From: Candidatus Micrarchaeia archaeon
GTDB taxonomy: Archaea; Micrarchaeota; Micrarchaeia; CABMEP01
DNA: 64,000 nucleotides
Assembly (NCBI GenBank): GCA_038886535.1
Contig: JAVZXS010000001.1
Coordinates: 32,001 to 96,000 of the forward strand
Reading direction: 5' to 3'
The notes beneath the pieces are model-generated. The model was not told the origin of the DNA. It saw only the letters and a program-made list of their open reading frames with translations, and ran no database searches. The position numbers and the translations under genes were made by a program. Every line of letters starts with the position of its first letter. The first letter of the stretch is position 1. Positions 10,769 to 20,784 of the stretch are shown one piece after another.

Positions 10769-11173
10769 TTACTTGCAGAGTACTATAACTTTTCTTTCCC
10801 TAGGTCCATCAAACTCACACAGCATTATACCTTGCCATGTTCCTAAAAGAAGCTTACCATTTTTAAAAGGTATAGTAACACTAGGGCCTATAAGTGCAGC
10901 TTTTATATGCGCAGCTCCATTGCCATCTACCTTATCATGTCTCCACTTTCCTTCAGGGATAATTTTAGATAAAGAATCTAGAAAATCATCACATACGGAA
11001 GGATCCCAATTTTCATTTATAGTTAATGCTGCAGTCGCATGCGGAACATAGACAAGACAAATCCCTTCCTCTATCTTCTTTTCTTTTGATTCTTTTCTTA
11101 CAATTTCTTCTACTTCTTTAGTTATATTTATTATTTCATTTTTTCTTTCAGATTTGACTACAATTTCATGCAT
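10769..11173 (-). CDS. yjbQ: YjbQ/UPF0047 family protein
   Basis: PHATAALTINE, DGNGAAHIKA and LGTWQGI..CEFDGPR motifs. Confidence 0.93.
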   Translation of the reverse strand: MHEIVVKSERKNEIINITKEVEEIVRKESKEKKIEEGICLVYVPHATAALTINENWDPSVCDDFLDSLSKIIPEGKWRHDKVDGNGAAHIKAALIGPSVTIPFKNGKLLLGTWQGIMLCEFDGPRERKVIVLCK

Positions 11174-11247
11174 ACATCTTTTTCTGTAGATAATTATTTA
11201 AATTTGAATATAGTAATCTTATTATTCTCGCTTATTCTAGTGATTAT

Positions 11248-12240
11248 ATGATTTCAGATAGACTAAAGTCGCTACTAAAAAAACAAAAATATAGATTTGC
11301 AGGAAGGCATTCACTCGTAAAGATATGTCATTACACCCAGTCTTCAATGACAAAAGATCAATGGTGCTATAAGAATAAGTTTTATGGGATAAGAAGCAAT
11401 CAATGTTTGCAATGTACAACCACTCCTTTCTGTTTTAATCAATGCATATTCTGCTGGAGAGCCCAACCGGGTGAAGTTGAAGCAGATACTGATTTAATAT
11501 TTTCAAACAAAATAGATCAGTGGGATGAACCTAAAGAAATAATAGATCAGATGATTGAAGCACAACGTAAATTGCTTTCTGGAATTGGAGGGCACTATAA
11601 TGTAAACAAAGACCTTTGGAAAGAAGCACAAAATCCTAAGCATGTTGCATTAAGCGTACTTGGTGAACCTATATCTTATCCAAAATTGAAAGAACTTCTT
11701 TCTGAGTTCCATAGCAGAGGAATGAGTACTTTTATTGTAACGGCAGGAAGTGTTCCAGGCGCAATCAAGAAAATGATTGATGAAAAATATTTTCCCACAC
11801 AACTATATCTTTCAATGAGTGGGTATGATAAGGAAAGTTTCGAAAAGATTATGCGGCCTAAAAATAAAGACGGATGGGATAGATATCTTACATCTTTGAT
11901 GCTTTTAAAAGAGGCAGGCAAATATACGAGAACAGTTATAAGAATGACTTTAATAAAAGGACTAAATTTAAAATATCCTGAAAAATATGCAGAATTGATA
12001 AAGATTGCACAACCTCATTATGTAGAGGTAAAGGCATATATGGCAGTTGGTTTTTCAAGGAAAAGAATAGGTTTGTCAGGTATGCCATATATGGAAGAGA
12101 TAAGAGAGTTTGCAGAGAAATTAGCAAAAGAAACAGGTTATATAGTAACAGATGAGCACAAAGATTCCAGAGTTGTTCTTTTGTCAAGGGATAAAGAAGC
12201 AGAAAAAAATAGATTTATTGATTTCTCAAAAATAAAATAA
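11248..12240 (+). CDS. taw1: 4-demethylwyosine synthase (radical SAM, TYW1/Taw1)
   Basis: HS.VK.CHY, CYK.KFYGI.S.QC, CxxxCxxC (CFNQCIFCWR), GEP and EVKAYM..G.SR motifs. Confidence 0.95.
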   Translation: MISDRLKSLLKKQKYRFAGRHSLVKICHYTQSSMTKDQWCYKNKFYGIRSNQCLQCTTTPFCFNQCIFCWRAQPGEVEADTDLIFSNKIDQWDEPKEIIDQMIEAQRKLLSGIGGHYNVNKDLWKEAQNPKHVALSVLGEPISYPKLKELLSEFHSRGMSTFIVTAGSVPGAIKKMIDEKYFPTQLYLSMSGYDKESFEKIMRPKNKDGWDRYLTSLMLLKEAGKYTRTVIRMTLIKGLNLKYPEKYAELIKIAQPHYVEVKAYMAVGFSRKRIGLSGMPYMEEIREFAEKLAKETGYIVTDEHKDSRVVLLSRDKEAEKNRFIDFSKIK

Positions 12241-12243
12241 ATA

Positions 12244-12684
12244 TTATTTAACTAATTTTTCCAATGTTCCTATTAAACTATCAATAAGAAGATTATCTGC
12301 TCTTTTTATTATAGCAATCATTTTCCTTCTAGTAATTAAAGGAAATCTATTTTCTAATATCTCATCAATAGTTTTGATTTCTTTATCTTCAAAGATAGGT
12401 TTCCCATCTTTTCCTCTATTCTTTGCATTTTTGAATATTTTTATTATAATCTTTATATCATCTGCATTTAATGCAGCTAATTCTATTCCTGTTGATAAAC
12501 CTTGTACGAATACCACATCTCTTTCAACTCCATCCGCCATCAATCTTTTCACATGTGTGTATTCAGCAGGGGTGATCTTTCCTTTAATTAATGTAAGAAC
12601 TGACTTCAGAATATCGAGTCTTTTTCTAACCTCTTTTTTTGCATCTTTTTTTACATCTCTTTTTATTTTGTACATTTCAGCCAT
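12244..12684 (-). CDS. hypothetical protein
   Basis: 146-aa ORF with GGTGA RBS upstream; no family recognised. Confidence 0.7.
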   Translation of the reverse strand: MAEMYKIKRDVKKDAKKEVRKRLDILKSVLTLIKGKITPAEYTHVKRLMADGVERDVVFVQGLSTGIELAALNADDIKIIIKIFKNAKNRGKDGKPIFEDKEIKTIDEILENRFPLITRRKMIAIIKRADNLLIDSLIGTLEKLVK

Positions 12685-12837
12685 ATGTTCACCTTAATTT
12701 AATATTCCATTTAATTTTTAATACTTTCTTGCAATCTTCTTTATTTCTACTTTTATATATAAATAGAAATTAATTTAATTCTATTTTACTAATGTATAAA
12801 ATATAATTATCAAAAACAGCACTTAATATGTGATATA

Positions 12838-14508
12838 ATGGTAATAACTTTACAGGAAATGGTTGATCAATCAATAAGGACAGTTTTTACCACTGATTGG
12901 TTTGCAACTTCAATAATGGCACTCCTTCTATCCGCAGCTTTAAGTGCTTTGGCCTGGATGCTCTCTTCTGCATTTCAATCTAACGAATTGAAAGGATGGG
13001 CAAGAAAAGAATTAAGTGAATTTATAGTTACTGCATTAATTTTATTATTATCGGTCCCATTACTTATGACAATAACATCTATAACAATTGCATATGCAGG
13101 CAGTGATCCATTCTTTTTAGCAAAAAGTTTTTTAGATAAAGTCGAGGACGATTTGACATATACATATAGTTATCTTTTCGGGCTTAATATAGTTTATAGT
13201 GGGGCAAGCACACTTACGATTGATCTATCAAAAATACTATCCTGGCTTCTAACGATGGTTGGGTCGATTGCTGGACTAACAGCAGGCGGAGTCGGTGCGA
13301 TAGCTGGAGGTCTTGGTGGTTTTGGAATAGCTAATCTTGCAAAAGCAGTCACAGGTCTTAAATTAGGATTAAGTCTAGGAGCACCATTCAGTATGGTTGC
13401 AGATATTATTTCAAACATTTTATCTGGATTAGTGCCTTTCTTGTTAGCATTCTTTGTGCAGAAAGAACTTTTGTTTTTCATACAATATACAGCGCTCCCA
13501 GTGCTGTTCCCAACAGGGGTTCTTCTTCGTGCATTTCCACTTACTAGAAAAGCAGGTTCAACTTTGATTGCATTGTCACTAACATTATTTATAGCATATC
13601 CATTGACATTAGCATTTGCATCTAAGATGTATGACGATACAAAGGCTGCAATATCTACAGGACAATTAGATTATAGGCCTGAAAGAGTATCAATTCCATT
13701 TTTCAGACTTTTGCCTGATGCAGGAAGATATTATCTAAATCAATCTGATAGATTTCTTTGGGATGTATTTACTCCAATAAATTACTCAATTTGGGGAGAT
13801 GTTTCATGTAATGAAGTGGGTTCAATTTATGAATCAAGAAATCCCCAAAATCCAGAACCACCTCCAGAAGATTATATGTATTGGAAAATAACTGAAAGAA
13901 CAACTTATCCACTCTGTCCAAGTCCGTATGAGCCATGTAGAGAGGAAACAATGGAGGTTTCAAAATGCTATAGAAAGATTCAGAAAGGAGAAATTAATTC
14001 ATCTGGAAGTATTGAATACTTATTAAATAACGAGAATATATTTCCAAACAATAAGGTTCATTCAATAATATTGGTTACTAAGCAAACAAGAGAAGAAGGG
14101 GTTAGAATTGTTTCAGAAGAGGTTAGGTTTTATTTAGGTGATCCATGTCAAGAAAACTTATGGTCAATTTTATGGTGCAAGTTAAAGGGGACTGCAGGAG
14201 AATCTCCAATTAATGATGTTTCATACTTGAATCTGGCTGTAACTGCAAGTATTGGAGGAATAGAGGGTGCGGCAAGAGCAGTCGGTCAGATAACAGGTTA
14301 CACTGTAACAAATTATCTCGCTACTCCATATGCTGCAGGAATGGCATTTTATGGTTTAACTGATGTACTTCCTAATATTCTGTTTCCATATGTATTTACA
14401 ATATTTGTTTTCATAGTAATCATATTTGTGACAATCTCTACATTTAGATCTATATCAACAACATTAGGTGGAGAAACAAAGATAATTGAATTAGGCAGAT
14501 TGGTTTGA
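12838..14508 (+). CDS. polytopic membrane protein, paralog 1 of 6 (CedA/VirB6-like), with a large Cys-containing soluble insertion
   Basis: LKGWARKELSEFIVTALI; LFPTGVLLRAFPLTRKAGSTLIALSLTLFIAYP; C-terminus STTLGGETKIIELGRLV. Confidence 0.75.
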   Translation: MVITLQEMVDQSIRTVFTTDWFATSIMALLLSAALSALAWMLSSAFQSNELKGWARKELSEFIVTALILLLSVPLLMTITSITIAYAGSDPFFLAKSFLDKVEDDLTYTYSYLFGLNIVYSGASTLTIDLSKILSWLLTMVGSIAGLTAGGVGAIAGGLGGFGIANLAKAVTGLKLGLSLGAPFSMVADIISNILSGLVPFLLAFFVQKELLFFIQYTALPVLFPTGVLLRAFPLTRKAGSTLIALSLTLFIAYPLTLAFASKMYDDTKAAISTGQLDYRPERVSIPFFRLLPDAGRYYLNQSDRFLWDVFTPINYSIWGDVSCNEVGSIYESRNPQNPEPPPEDYMYWKITERTTYPLCPSPYEPCREETMEVSKCYRKIQKGEINSSGSIEYLLNNENIFPNNKVHSIILVTKQTREEGVRIVSEEVRFYLGDPCQENLWSILWCKLKGTAGESPINDVSYLNLAVTASIGGIEGAARAVGQITGYTVTNYLATPYAAGMAFYGLTDVLPNILFPYVFTIFVFIVIIFVTISTFRSISTTLGGETKIIELGRLV

Positions 14509-14522
14509 GTATGAGGGATTAA

Positions 14523-15425
14523 ATGGTTGTAAGTACTTGCCAGGCTGTATTTGATGTATGGACGTATATAGGGGCAGCGTCAGCACTTGCAATCGCATTA
14601 ATCGCTTTTCTTTATGCTTTAGGAAGAATACTTACAAAGAGTGAGCTTGAGTCATTGGCAAAGAAAGAACTTTCAGAGTTTTTCATTTCATTTTTAATAG
14701 TAATAGGCGTTGCTGGTCTTTCTTCAATTATATGTCAGGTTACTCCATACATAGTTAAAGATGTAATAGGTTACGGAGATCAATTTTCAGCATCATATGA
14801 TTATCTTAATACACTTATTTATAAGAAAGGAATACCAGCCATACAAAGAGTTTGGACTTCCTCTATTATTTTGGATTCAATATCTTCTGTTGAAAGCAAG
14901 TTCAAAATTGGTAAATCTTCTAAATTGCTAGAGCAGGCAGAGGTAAAGGTCAAGCCAGCAGTCATATTAAAACCACTTAGTAAGATGCTTGGCATATTTA
15001 CAGGAATATTTCAAATATTAATAGGAAGTTTGCAAGCGCAGATGGTATTCATTCAGTTAGCAGAGGCATTTGCTTTGACGCTAATACTTCCAATAGGAAT
15101 GATTCTAAGAGCAATTCCAGGATTAAGGAAAGGAGGTTCTTATTTGATAGCCTTCGCATTTGGCCTTTACGTCGTCTTTCCACTTATGTATGTTATGAAT
15201 TATTCTGTATATAAAATAATTGAGCCTAGCTTTGGCGAACTAGTTTCAGTTCAAGTTAATCCAATTGAAACATTTAAGTTGTCATCTGACATTATCAATA
15301 TATTTAAGTATTTTGATGAATTTTCATTATTATTCCCTCAAGCACTTCTGCTTCCAGCACTTAATCTTACTATAACAATTGCATTTATTTCATCATTCGC
15401 AACGTTTCTTTCTGAAATAAAATAG
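14523..15425 (+). CDS. polytopic membrane protein, paralog 2 of 6 (minimal form)
   Basis: LESLAKKELSEFFISFLI; ILPIGMILRAIPGLRKGGSYLIAFAFGLYVVFP. Confidence 0.75.
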   Translation: MVVSTCQAVFDVWTYIGAASALAIALIAFLYALGRILTKSELESLAKKELSEFFISFLIVIGVAGLSSIICQVTPYIVKDVIGYGDQFSASYDYLNTLIYKKGIPAIQRVWTSSIILDSISSVESKFKIGKSSKLLEQAEVKVKPAVILKPLSKMLGIFTGIFQILIGSLQAQMVFIQLAEAFALTLILPIGMILRAIPGLRKGGSYLIAFAFGLYVVFPLMYVMNYSVYKIIEPSFGELVSVQVNPIETFKLSSDIINIFKYFDEFSLLFPQALLLPALNLTITIAFISSFATFLSEIK

Positions 15426-15446
15426 ATAGATATCTGATGTGATTAA

Positions 15447-16634
15447 ATGGTATTTGAAATATTATTTGAATGGTGGGTTCCTGTTGCAGTTTTAATCCTA
15501 TTCATAACTCTTACATTCATTTCTTTAATCTATATGGTAGCAAGGGCTTTAGAGAATGATAATTTTAAGAAATGGGCCCAAAATGAAATATATCAGGTTT
15601 TTGCATCAGCTCTTATAATAGGCTCTTTATTCATATTTCTAGCTATAATTAATAATATTACATTAAATCTAATCCCTTTAATCGCACCCAATCTAGATTT
15701 TCAATGCAGTGGTGATAGCTGTACATTTAATACACTAAAAATAACTGCAGAGTCAATAAGATCGCAAAGCGGAGTAAAATTTGAATCTGTTCAAAAAGAG
15801 TGCAAGCAAGGATATTGCCATATAGAAGTGGCTAATTCGTTATTAGGTCAGTATTATGACATCATTCGTTTTTATTTAGGAAACAAGATCAGTGCTATAG
15901 GTTGGATTAGTGTGATTTCATCTTTCAAGATGCAATTATTAGGTTTTCACGTTTCTCCATTCTCCGGATTAACTCCTATATTAGATATTTATAAAAACTT
16001 CATTACATTTGGAACAAATTTACTTATACTTATAAAAGTAAATCAACTTTTCCTAGTATTTACTTCAGTTGCATTATTTCCAATGTTTTTGATTGCTGGA
16101 ATCGCACTACGTTCCATATCTCTATTGAGAGGTGTTGGAGGACTGTTATTAAGCATAGCAATTGGTTCATTCTTTGTTTATCCTTTCTTGCTATTGCTTT
16201 CTTTTTCAATTGTTTCACCAAATCCAAATTCTAATGTAATATATTTATCTGATGATAGTGGATTTGTTACTGATCTTCCAAGTCTGGATTCAGGTATTCA
16301 AGAAAATCAGATTGAATGGCTTTCAAGCAAATCTAGCTATACAAGTATAGTCGATTCAGTCAAAAAAGTGGCTCAATTTTCTATAAATTTATTTAACATG
16401 ATTGTAAACATTAAAGGAAATATCGGAGGACAGGAAGTCAGCACTGATTTTATATCTTACATGTTCTTTAGTTCGATTCTTCCTAATGGTTTTCTAGATA
16501 ATATGGCTTTCTTGTCCATGTGGATGTTTGTTCCATTTATAATTTCAATTTATTCACTACTGGTATTCATAAAGGAATTTTCTTCATTCCTTGGTGGAGA
16601 TATAGATATAGCAGGATTATCCAAGTTAATTTGA
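15447..16634 (+). CDS. polytopic membrane protein, paralog 3 of 6
   Basis: FKKWAQNEIYQVFASALI; FLIAGIALRSISLLRGVGGLLLSIAIGSFFVYP; C-terminus SSFLGGDIDIAGLSKLI. Confidence 0.75.
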   Translation: MVFEILFEWWVPVAVLILFITLTFISLIYMVARALENDNFKKWAQNEIYQVFASALIIGSLFIFLAIINNITLNLIPLIAPNLDFQCSGDSCTFNTLKITAESIRSQSGVKFESVQKECKQGYCHIEVANSLLGQYYDIIRFYLGNKISAIGWISVISSFKMQLLGFHVSPFSGLTPILDIYKNFITFGTNLLILIKVNQLFLVFTSVALFPMFLIAGIALRSISLLRGVGGLLLSIAIGSFFVYPFLLLLSFSIVSPNPNSNVIYLSDDSGFVTDLPSLDSGIQENQIEWLSSKSSYTSIVDSVKKVAQFSINLFNMIVNIKGNIGGQEVSTDFISYMFFSSILPNGFLDNMAFLSMWMFVPFIISIYSLLVFIKEFSSFLGGDIDIAGLSKLI

Positions 16635-16657
16635 TTGAAAAGTAATATAGTGAGAGT

Positions 16658-17797
16658 ATGGATCTAAATAAAATTGTTGTATTAATTTTATTTCTTTTGC
16701 CGATTTTAGTAGCAGAAGTTCCGCAAACAAATATTCCAACACTAAGATCTGTACCTTGGGAATTAACGGTTTTAGCAGCAATAATTCTATCTCTAACGTT
16801 GATAGCTTTAGGTTTTATGCTATCAAAAGCATTTGGAGTAAAGGAACTCAGCGCTTGGGCAAATAATGAATTATATCAAATAATAGTTCTCTCCTTTATA
16901 GTTTTCTTAATATTTGGAATTTTAAAAATAGAAAGTATAGTTTTCGAAGCATACAATCTTTCTTCACCAAATTCGGCCAATCCAGCAATTGAAAATGCGA
17001 AGAATTATCTTTATTCTGTAAGGTCCTATCTCACATTTATTATGGGTGGGTTAATATCTGAGAAGATGATTTTTACAGGAGGAAAAATAGCAACAAGTAT
17101 GGGTGTTTCATCACTTCCAGATCTTAGCAATTTTATATCGAAGTTTGTGTCAGTATTTAGTGTAGTATCTATAGACATAGGTGGGGTTATAGATGTGTTT
17201 TTCGATCCTATTACAAAAATAATAGATTTAGCTATAAGCGGATTCGGGGTTATTTATGCTCTTAATTCCATGCAAATTTATTTCTTAGAGTTTGTAGAGA
17301 ATGTTGCATTTGTTTTTATTCTTCCATTCGGTCTATTCTTTAGAATATTCAACTTTAGTAGAAAAGTGGCAAATCTTTTGATAGTTCTTGCAATCTCATT
17401 ATATATTGTATTTCCATTGACTTACTTATTGAATCAGAACATGGTAGATGCAGTACTTAATGAAGGATTATCAGGGGATAAAAGTTGGAGAGATATTTTA
17501 GGCGCAAGAATGGATAAACAAACAGGTGTAGAGGGATGTACAATTGGAGATATGTTTTCAGGCAAGTTTTTAGAATGTTTGCAAAAATCTTCAAAGAACA
17601 TTATAACAGCCAGTTTCTCTACCGCCACGTACATTTTTAATTTTGTATTTATAATATTTACAGAAGCCGCATTCGCATTTATATTATTTACATTAATACC
17701 GATCATAGATTTTACTATAACAGTTGTTATAGCAAGGGAATTGGGTTCCTTGCTAGGCTCAGATGTATCATTTGGAGATTTAATTAAATATTTATGA
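16658..17797 (+). CDS. polytopic membrane protein, paralog 4 of 6, with an N-terminal signal peptide-like segment
   Basis: LSAWANNELYQIIVLSFI; ILPFGLFFRIFNFSRKVANLLIVLAISLYIVFP; C-terminus GSLLGSDVSFGDLIKYL. Confidence 0.75.
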   Translation: MDLNKIVVLILFLLPILVAEVPQTNIPTLRSVPWELTVLAAIILSLTLIALGFMLSKAFGVKELSAWANNELYQIIVLSFIVFLIFGILKIESIVFEAYNLSSPNSANPAIENAKNYLYSVRSYLTFIMGGLISEKMIFTGGKIATSMGVSSLPDLSNFISKFVSVFSVVSIDIGGVIDVFFDPITKIIDLAISGFGVIYALNSMQIYFLEFVENVAFVFILPFGLFFRIFNFSRKVANLLIVLAISLYIVFPLTYLLNQNMVDAVLNEGLSGDKSWRDILGARMDKQTGVEGCTIGDMFSGKFLECLQKSSKNIITASFSTATYIFNFVFIIFTEAAFAFILFTLIPIIDFTITVVIARELGSLLGSDVSFGDLIKYL

Positions 17798-17886
17798 GTA
17801 ATTTGTATAAATTAAATTTAACTAGAAATGATCAAATTCATAATAAACAATGTAGATTGTAATGATCGATCATAGAGTGTGATTAC

Positions 17887-19455
17887 GTGGAAGGAATCGA
17901 TTTCATAAAAAGTAGAAAAATATTCATCTTTTTATTTCTATTTCTAGTTACATCTATTTTTGCCCAGTCAACACAAATAGAAAAAGCTAAGAAAATAGAA
18001 GATTTGAATAAGGAGGCATGTGAATTTACACTTACTAGCAATGATTGGAGAGTTTTATCAGCGATAGGATTATTATTGAGTGCAGTTTTTATCGCAGGCT
18101 TGTATCTTTATGGATCAGTTATAGATTCTTCATTTATAAATAAGGCCAAAGAGGAATTGTTTCAGCTCTTTTTCACCCTTGTCATTATAATATTTTTAGC
18201 GTTCATAGTTCAGACATTTATGTGTAGCGATATCATTTCTTCTATATTTAATTTGAATGATCCACCTTATATTGCATCTTATAATTATTTATCATCTGTT
18301 AAGAATTATATAATAAGTGCGGCTATAAAAATGGGTGCATTAGGATCTTCCTTATCATTAATCTCTTCATTTGAATACAAGTTAGACAGTTCAATAGCAA
18401 AGAGCGGATTATTTGGAGCGCTAATAAATCCGATCTCATATTTTTCAGATGCATCACTTGCTATATTCTCTTCTCTTGCAAGCGCATATATGGTTATTCT
18501 TATAATGATAAATATTTTGTTAATCATGCCTTTAATTTCTTTAAAGTTCTTTATTCCAATAGGAATAGTTTTTAGGTCGATATATCCATTTAGAAAATTC
18601 GGTGGAGGTTTATTAGGCATAGGAATTGCATTATACATCTTTATTCCAATAGTATTATTACTTAATAATTTGTTAGTCGGAAGTTATATATATGAACCGA
18701 TAAAGGAACTCAGTTTACAATGTCAGGATAATTCTGATTGTTATTCTCATATTTGTGAGTATAATTCTACACTTGGAATTAAAACATGTAATCCTATGAA
18801 AAAGGAAGGAGAGATCTGCAGAAATGATTTTGAGTGTCAATCAGGATTTTGTGATCCATCATCTAAAAGATGTATAAAATGTGTTTCCGAAGGATTCATT
18901 TCGGAAGGATTACCTTGTTGCAATGGTTTAATTTTAAATTCAACAACTAAAAGATGTGAATTAGGCAAGCTTCCTGGTCAGAATTGCATCTTCAATAGTG
19001 ATTGTGTACTTTCATTTTGCAAAACAGATATTTCAGGTATAAGAACATGTACTAGCTTAAAGAAGATAGGAGAATCATGTATGTTTGATGAAGAATGCAT
19101 ATCAAGAAGATGTATAGGTATAGCACCAAATAAAGTATGTGGAAGAAGTATAATTACAGAAGAGGATCAAAGTTCTATTTATGCTAGCGTTTCAGCATTT
19201 AGTTCAATAATGCCTGAAGATGCGCAGCAAATAATAACAGAGTTAGAGCTATCTAGATTCAATTTTGAAAATAGTGAAGGAAAGACCTATATAGATAAGG
19301 CATTTGATTATTTATTTAAGGATATAGTGATAACATTTATAGTAGGTATAGTATTGCCATTATTAAATCTAACTATAATAGCGAAGGCAACATCAGATCT
19401 ATCTCAAGCCCTTGGACAGGAGATTGAGACGGCAAGTATATGGAGATTAATATAA
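17887..19455 (+). CDS. polytopic membrane protein, paralog 5 of 6, with a 20-Cys repeat insertion
   Basis: FINKAKEELFQLFFTLVI; FIPIGIVFRSIYPFRKFGGGLLGIGIALYIFIP; four C-x5-C-x4-C units; C-terminus SQALGQEIETASIWRLI. Confidence 0.75.
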   Translation: MEGIDFIKSRKIFIFLFLFLVTSIFAQSTQIEKAKKIEDLNKEACEFTLTSNDWRVLSAIGLLLSAVFIAGLYLYGSVIDSSFINKAKEELFQLFFTLVIIIFLAFIVQTFMCSDIISSIFNLNDPPYIASYNYLSSVKNYIISAAIKMGALGSSLSLISSFEYKLDSSIAKSGLFGALINPISYFSDASLAIFSSLASAYMVILIMINILLIMPLISLKFFIPIGIVFRSIYPFRKFGGGLLGIGIALYIFIPIVLLLNNLLVGSYIYEPIKELSLQCQDNSDCYSHICEYNSTLGIKTCNPMKKEGEICRNDFECQSGFCDPSSKRCIKCVSEGFISEGLPCCNGLILNSTTKRCELGKLPGQNCIFNSDCVLSFCKTDISGIRTCTSLKKIGESCMFDEECISRRCIGIAPNKVCGRSIITEEDQSSIYASVSAFSSIMPEDAQQIITELELSRFNFENSEGKTYIDKAFDYLFKDIVITFIVGIVLPLLNLTIIAKATSDLSQALGQEIETASIWRLI

Positions 19456-19489
19456 ATTTTAAAAATAATAAAAAGAAGGAAGTGAAGGT

Positions 19490-20704
19490 ATGAAAAAATA
19501 CAATAAAAAAGCATTTACAAACGAATCAAAGGAATCAATTAAAATAGCAGCTTTCTTTCTTTTCCTATTAGTGTCTATTATATTTGCTCAAACATCTAGT
19601 CCAGGACAAGAGTTCAATAAAGTATGGACTTCTTCCGAATTTCCCTGGCAATTAATTGCCTTAATTGCGGTTTCTATTTCTTTTTTGTTCGCAGCCCTCG
19701 CTTATATGTTTTCTAAAATATTTCAGTCTTCTGATCTTGAAAAGTTTGCAAAATATGAGTTTCTTTATGCGTTATCTACTCTTTTGTTGGCAGTTTTTAT
19801 AGTAGCGGTAGTGGATGTACTTGCATTAAAGTCAGGCGAATTTGTATTTTTGCTATCTAAAAACATAAATCTGCCAGGAAGTGAAAAACTTATAGATTAT
19901 GTTTCTCAAAAAGGTTATTCTCCATTTTCAGTTGCAGATTTTTATTTATCTTCGCTAAATAAACTTGCAATCAAAAGATATCAAGATGTTTTCTGTATTG
20001 CATATCCATTCTTTGTGTTTACAGGAATAGACAAAAAAGAAGATGTGGAAACACAGTCTAAAGTGGGTTCTATATTTAAAGCTATTAGTAATTTCTTTGT
20101 TGGGAATACATTTACTTCGCAATTAAAGATTGCATCTTTCAATATATTTCTTACTTCTTTAAATAGAGCAATGTCTAACTTATCATATTTAATATATTCA
20201 TTATATTTCCAATTGCATCTTCTTTCATTTATCCAGCAAACAATGCTTACCGTGTTTCTTCCCATAGGAATTGTATTAAGAGGTTTTCCATTTGTACGAT
20301 CCATAGGCAACATGTTTATTTCTATAGCTTTAGGCCTGTATTTTGTTTATCCTATCACATTTAGTTTGTTTTTGACAATGGGAATGCAAGGTTCATCACA
20401 GATTTCATTTTTAGAGACATCTGGAAGAATGCAACTTTCTTGTATACAAGATCTTGTAACCAACATTCCATCATTACCTATAAAAATAACATCAATGATA
20501 ATAAAAATAAGTGGTGAAGGCGTAAGTGCGATTACAATGGAAATAAATGATAGTGTTAACGCTTTGGTCGGAGAACTATTCGTATTCGGTTTTATATTTC
20601 CGGTTTTATCATTAGTTATTACATATACTTTTATCAAATCTTTTGGAATTATATTAAATGCAGATATACAAGAGTTTGCAGAAGGTGTGGTTAAGCTAAT
20701 ATAA
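19490..20704 (+). CDS. polytopic membrane protein, paralog 6 of 6
   Basis: LEKFAKYEFLYALSTLLL; FLPIGIVLRGFPFVRSIGNMFISIALGLYFVYP; C-terminus GIILNADIQEFAEGVVKLI. Confidence 0.75.
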   Translation: MKKYNKKAFTNESKESIKIAAFFLFLLVSIIFAQTSSPGQEFNKVWTSSEFPWQLIALIAVSISFLFAALAYMFSKIFQSSDLEKFAKYEFLYALSTLLLAVFIVAVVDVLALKSGEFVFLLSKNINLPGSEKLIDYVSQKGYSPFSVADFYLSSLNKLAIKRYQDVFCIAYPFFVFTGIDKKEDVETQSKVGSIFKAISNFFVGNTFTSQLKIASFNIFLTSLNRAMSNLSYLIYSLYFQLHLLSFIQQTMLTVFLPIGIVLRGFPFVRSIGNMFISIALGLYFVYPITFSLFLTMGMQGSSQISFLETSGRMQLSCIQDLVTNIPSLPIKITSMIIKISGEGVSAITMEINDSVNALVGELFVFGFIFPVLSLVITYTFIKSFGIILNADIQEFAEGVVKLI

Positions 20705-20784
20705 GAGTAAAAGTAATAAGAGGAATCAATAAATATAAAAATGAAATTATATTATTTATATTATGTTGTATTTAGAGTGATTAT

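Noticed and set aside
12838..20704. Array interpreted as ABC permeases or a complete conjugation system
   Set aside because: No EAA motif, and no ABC ATPase, VirB4, VirD4 or relaxase gene in the window
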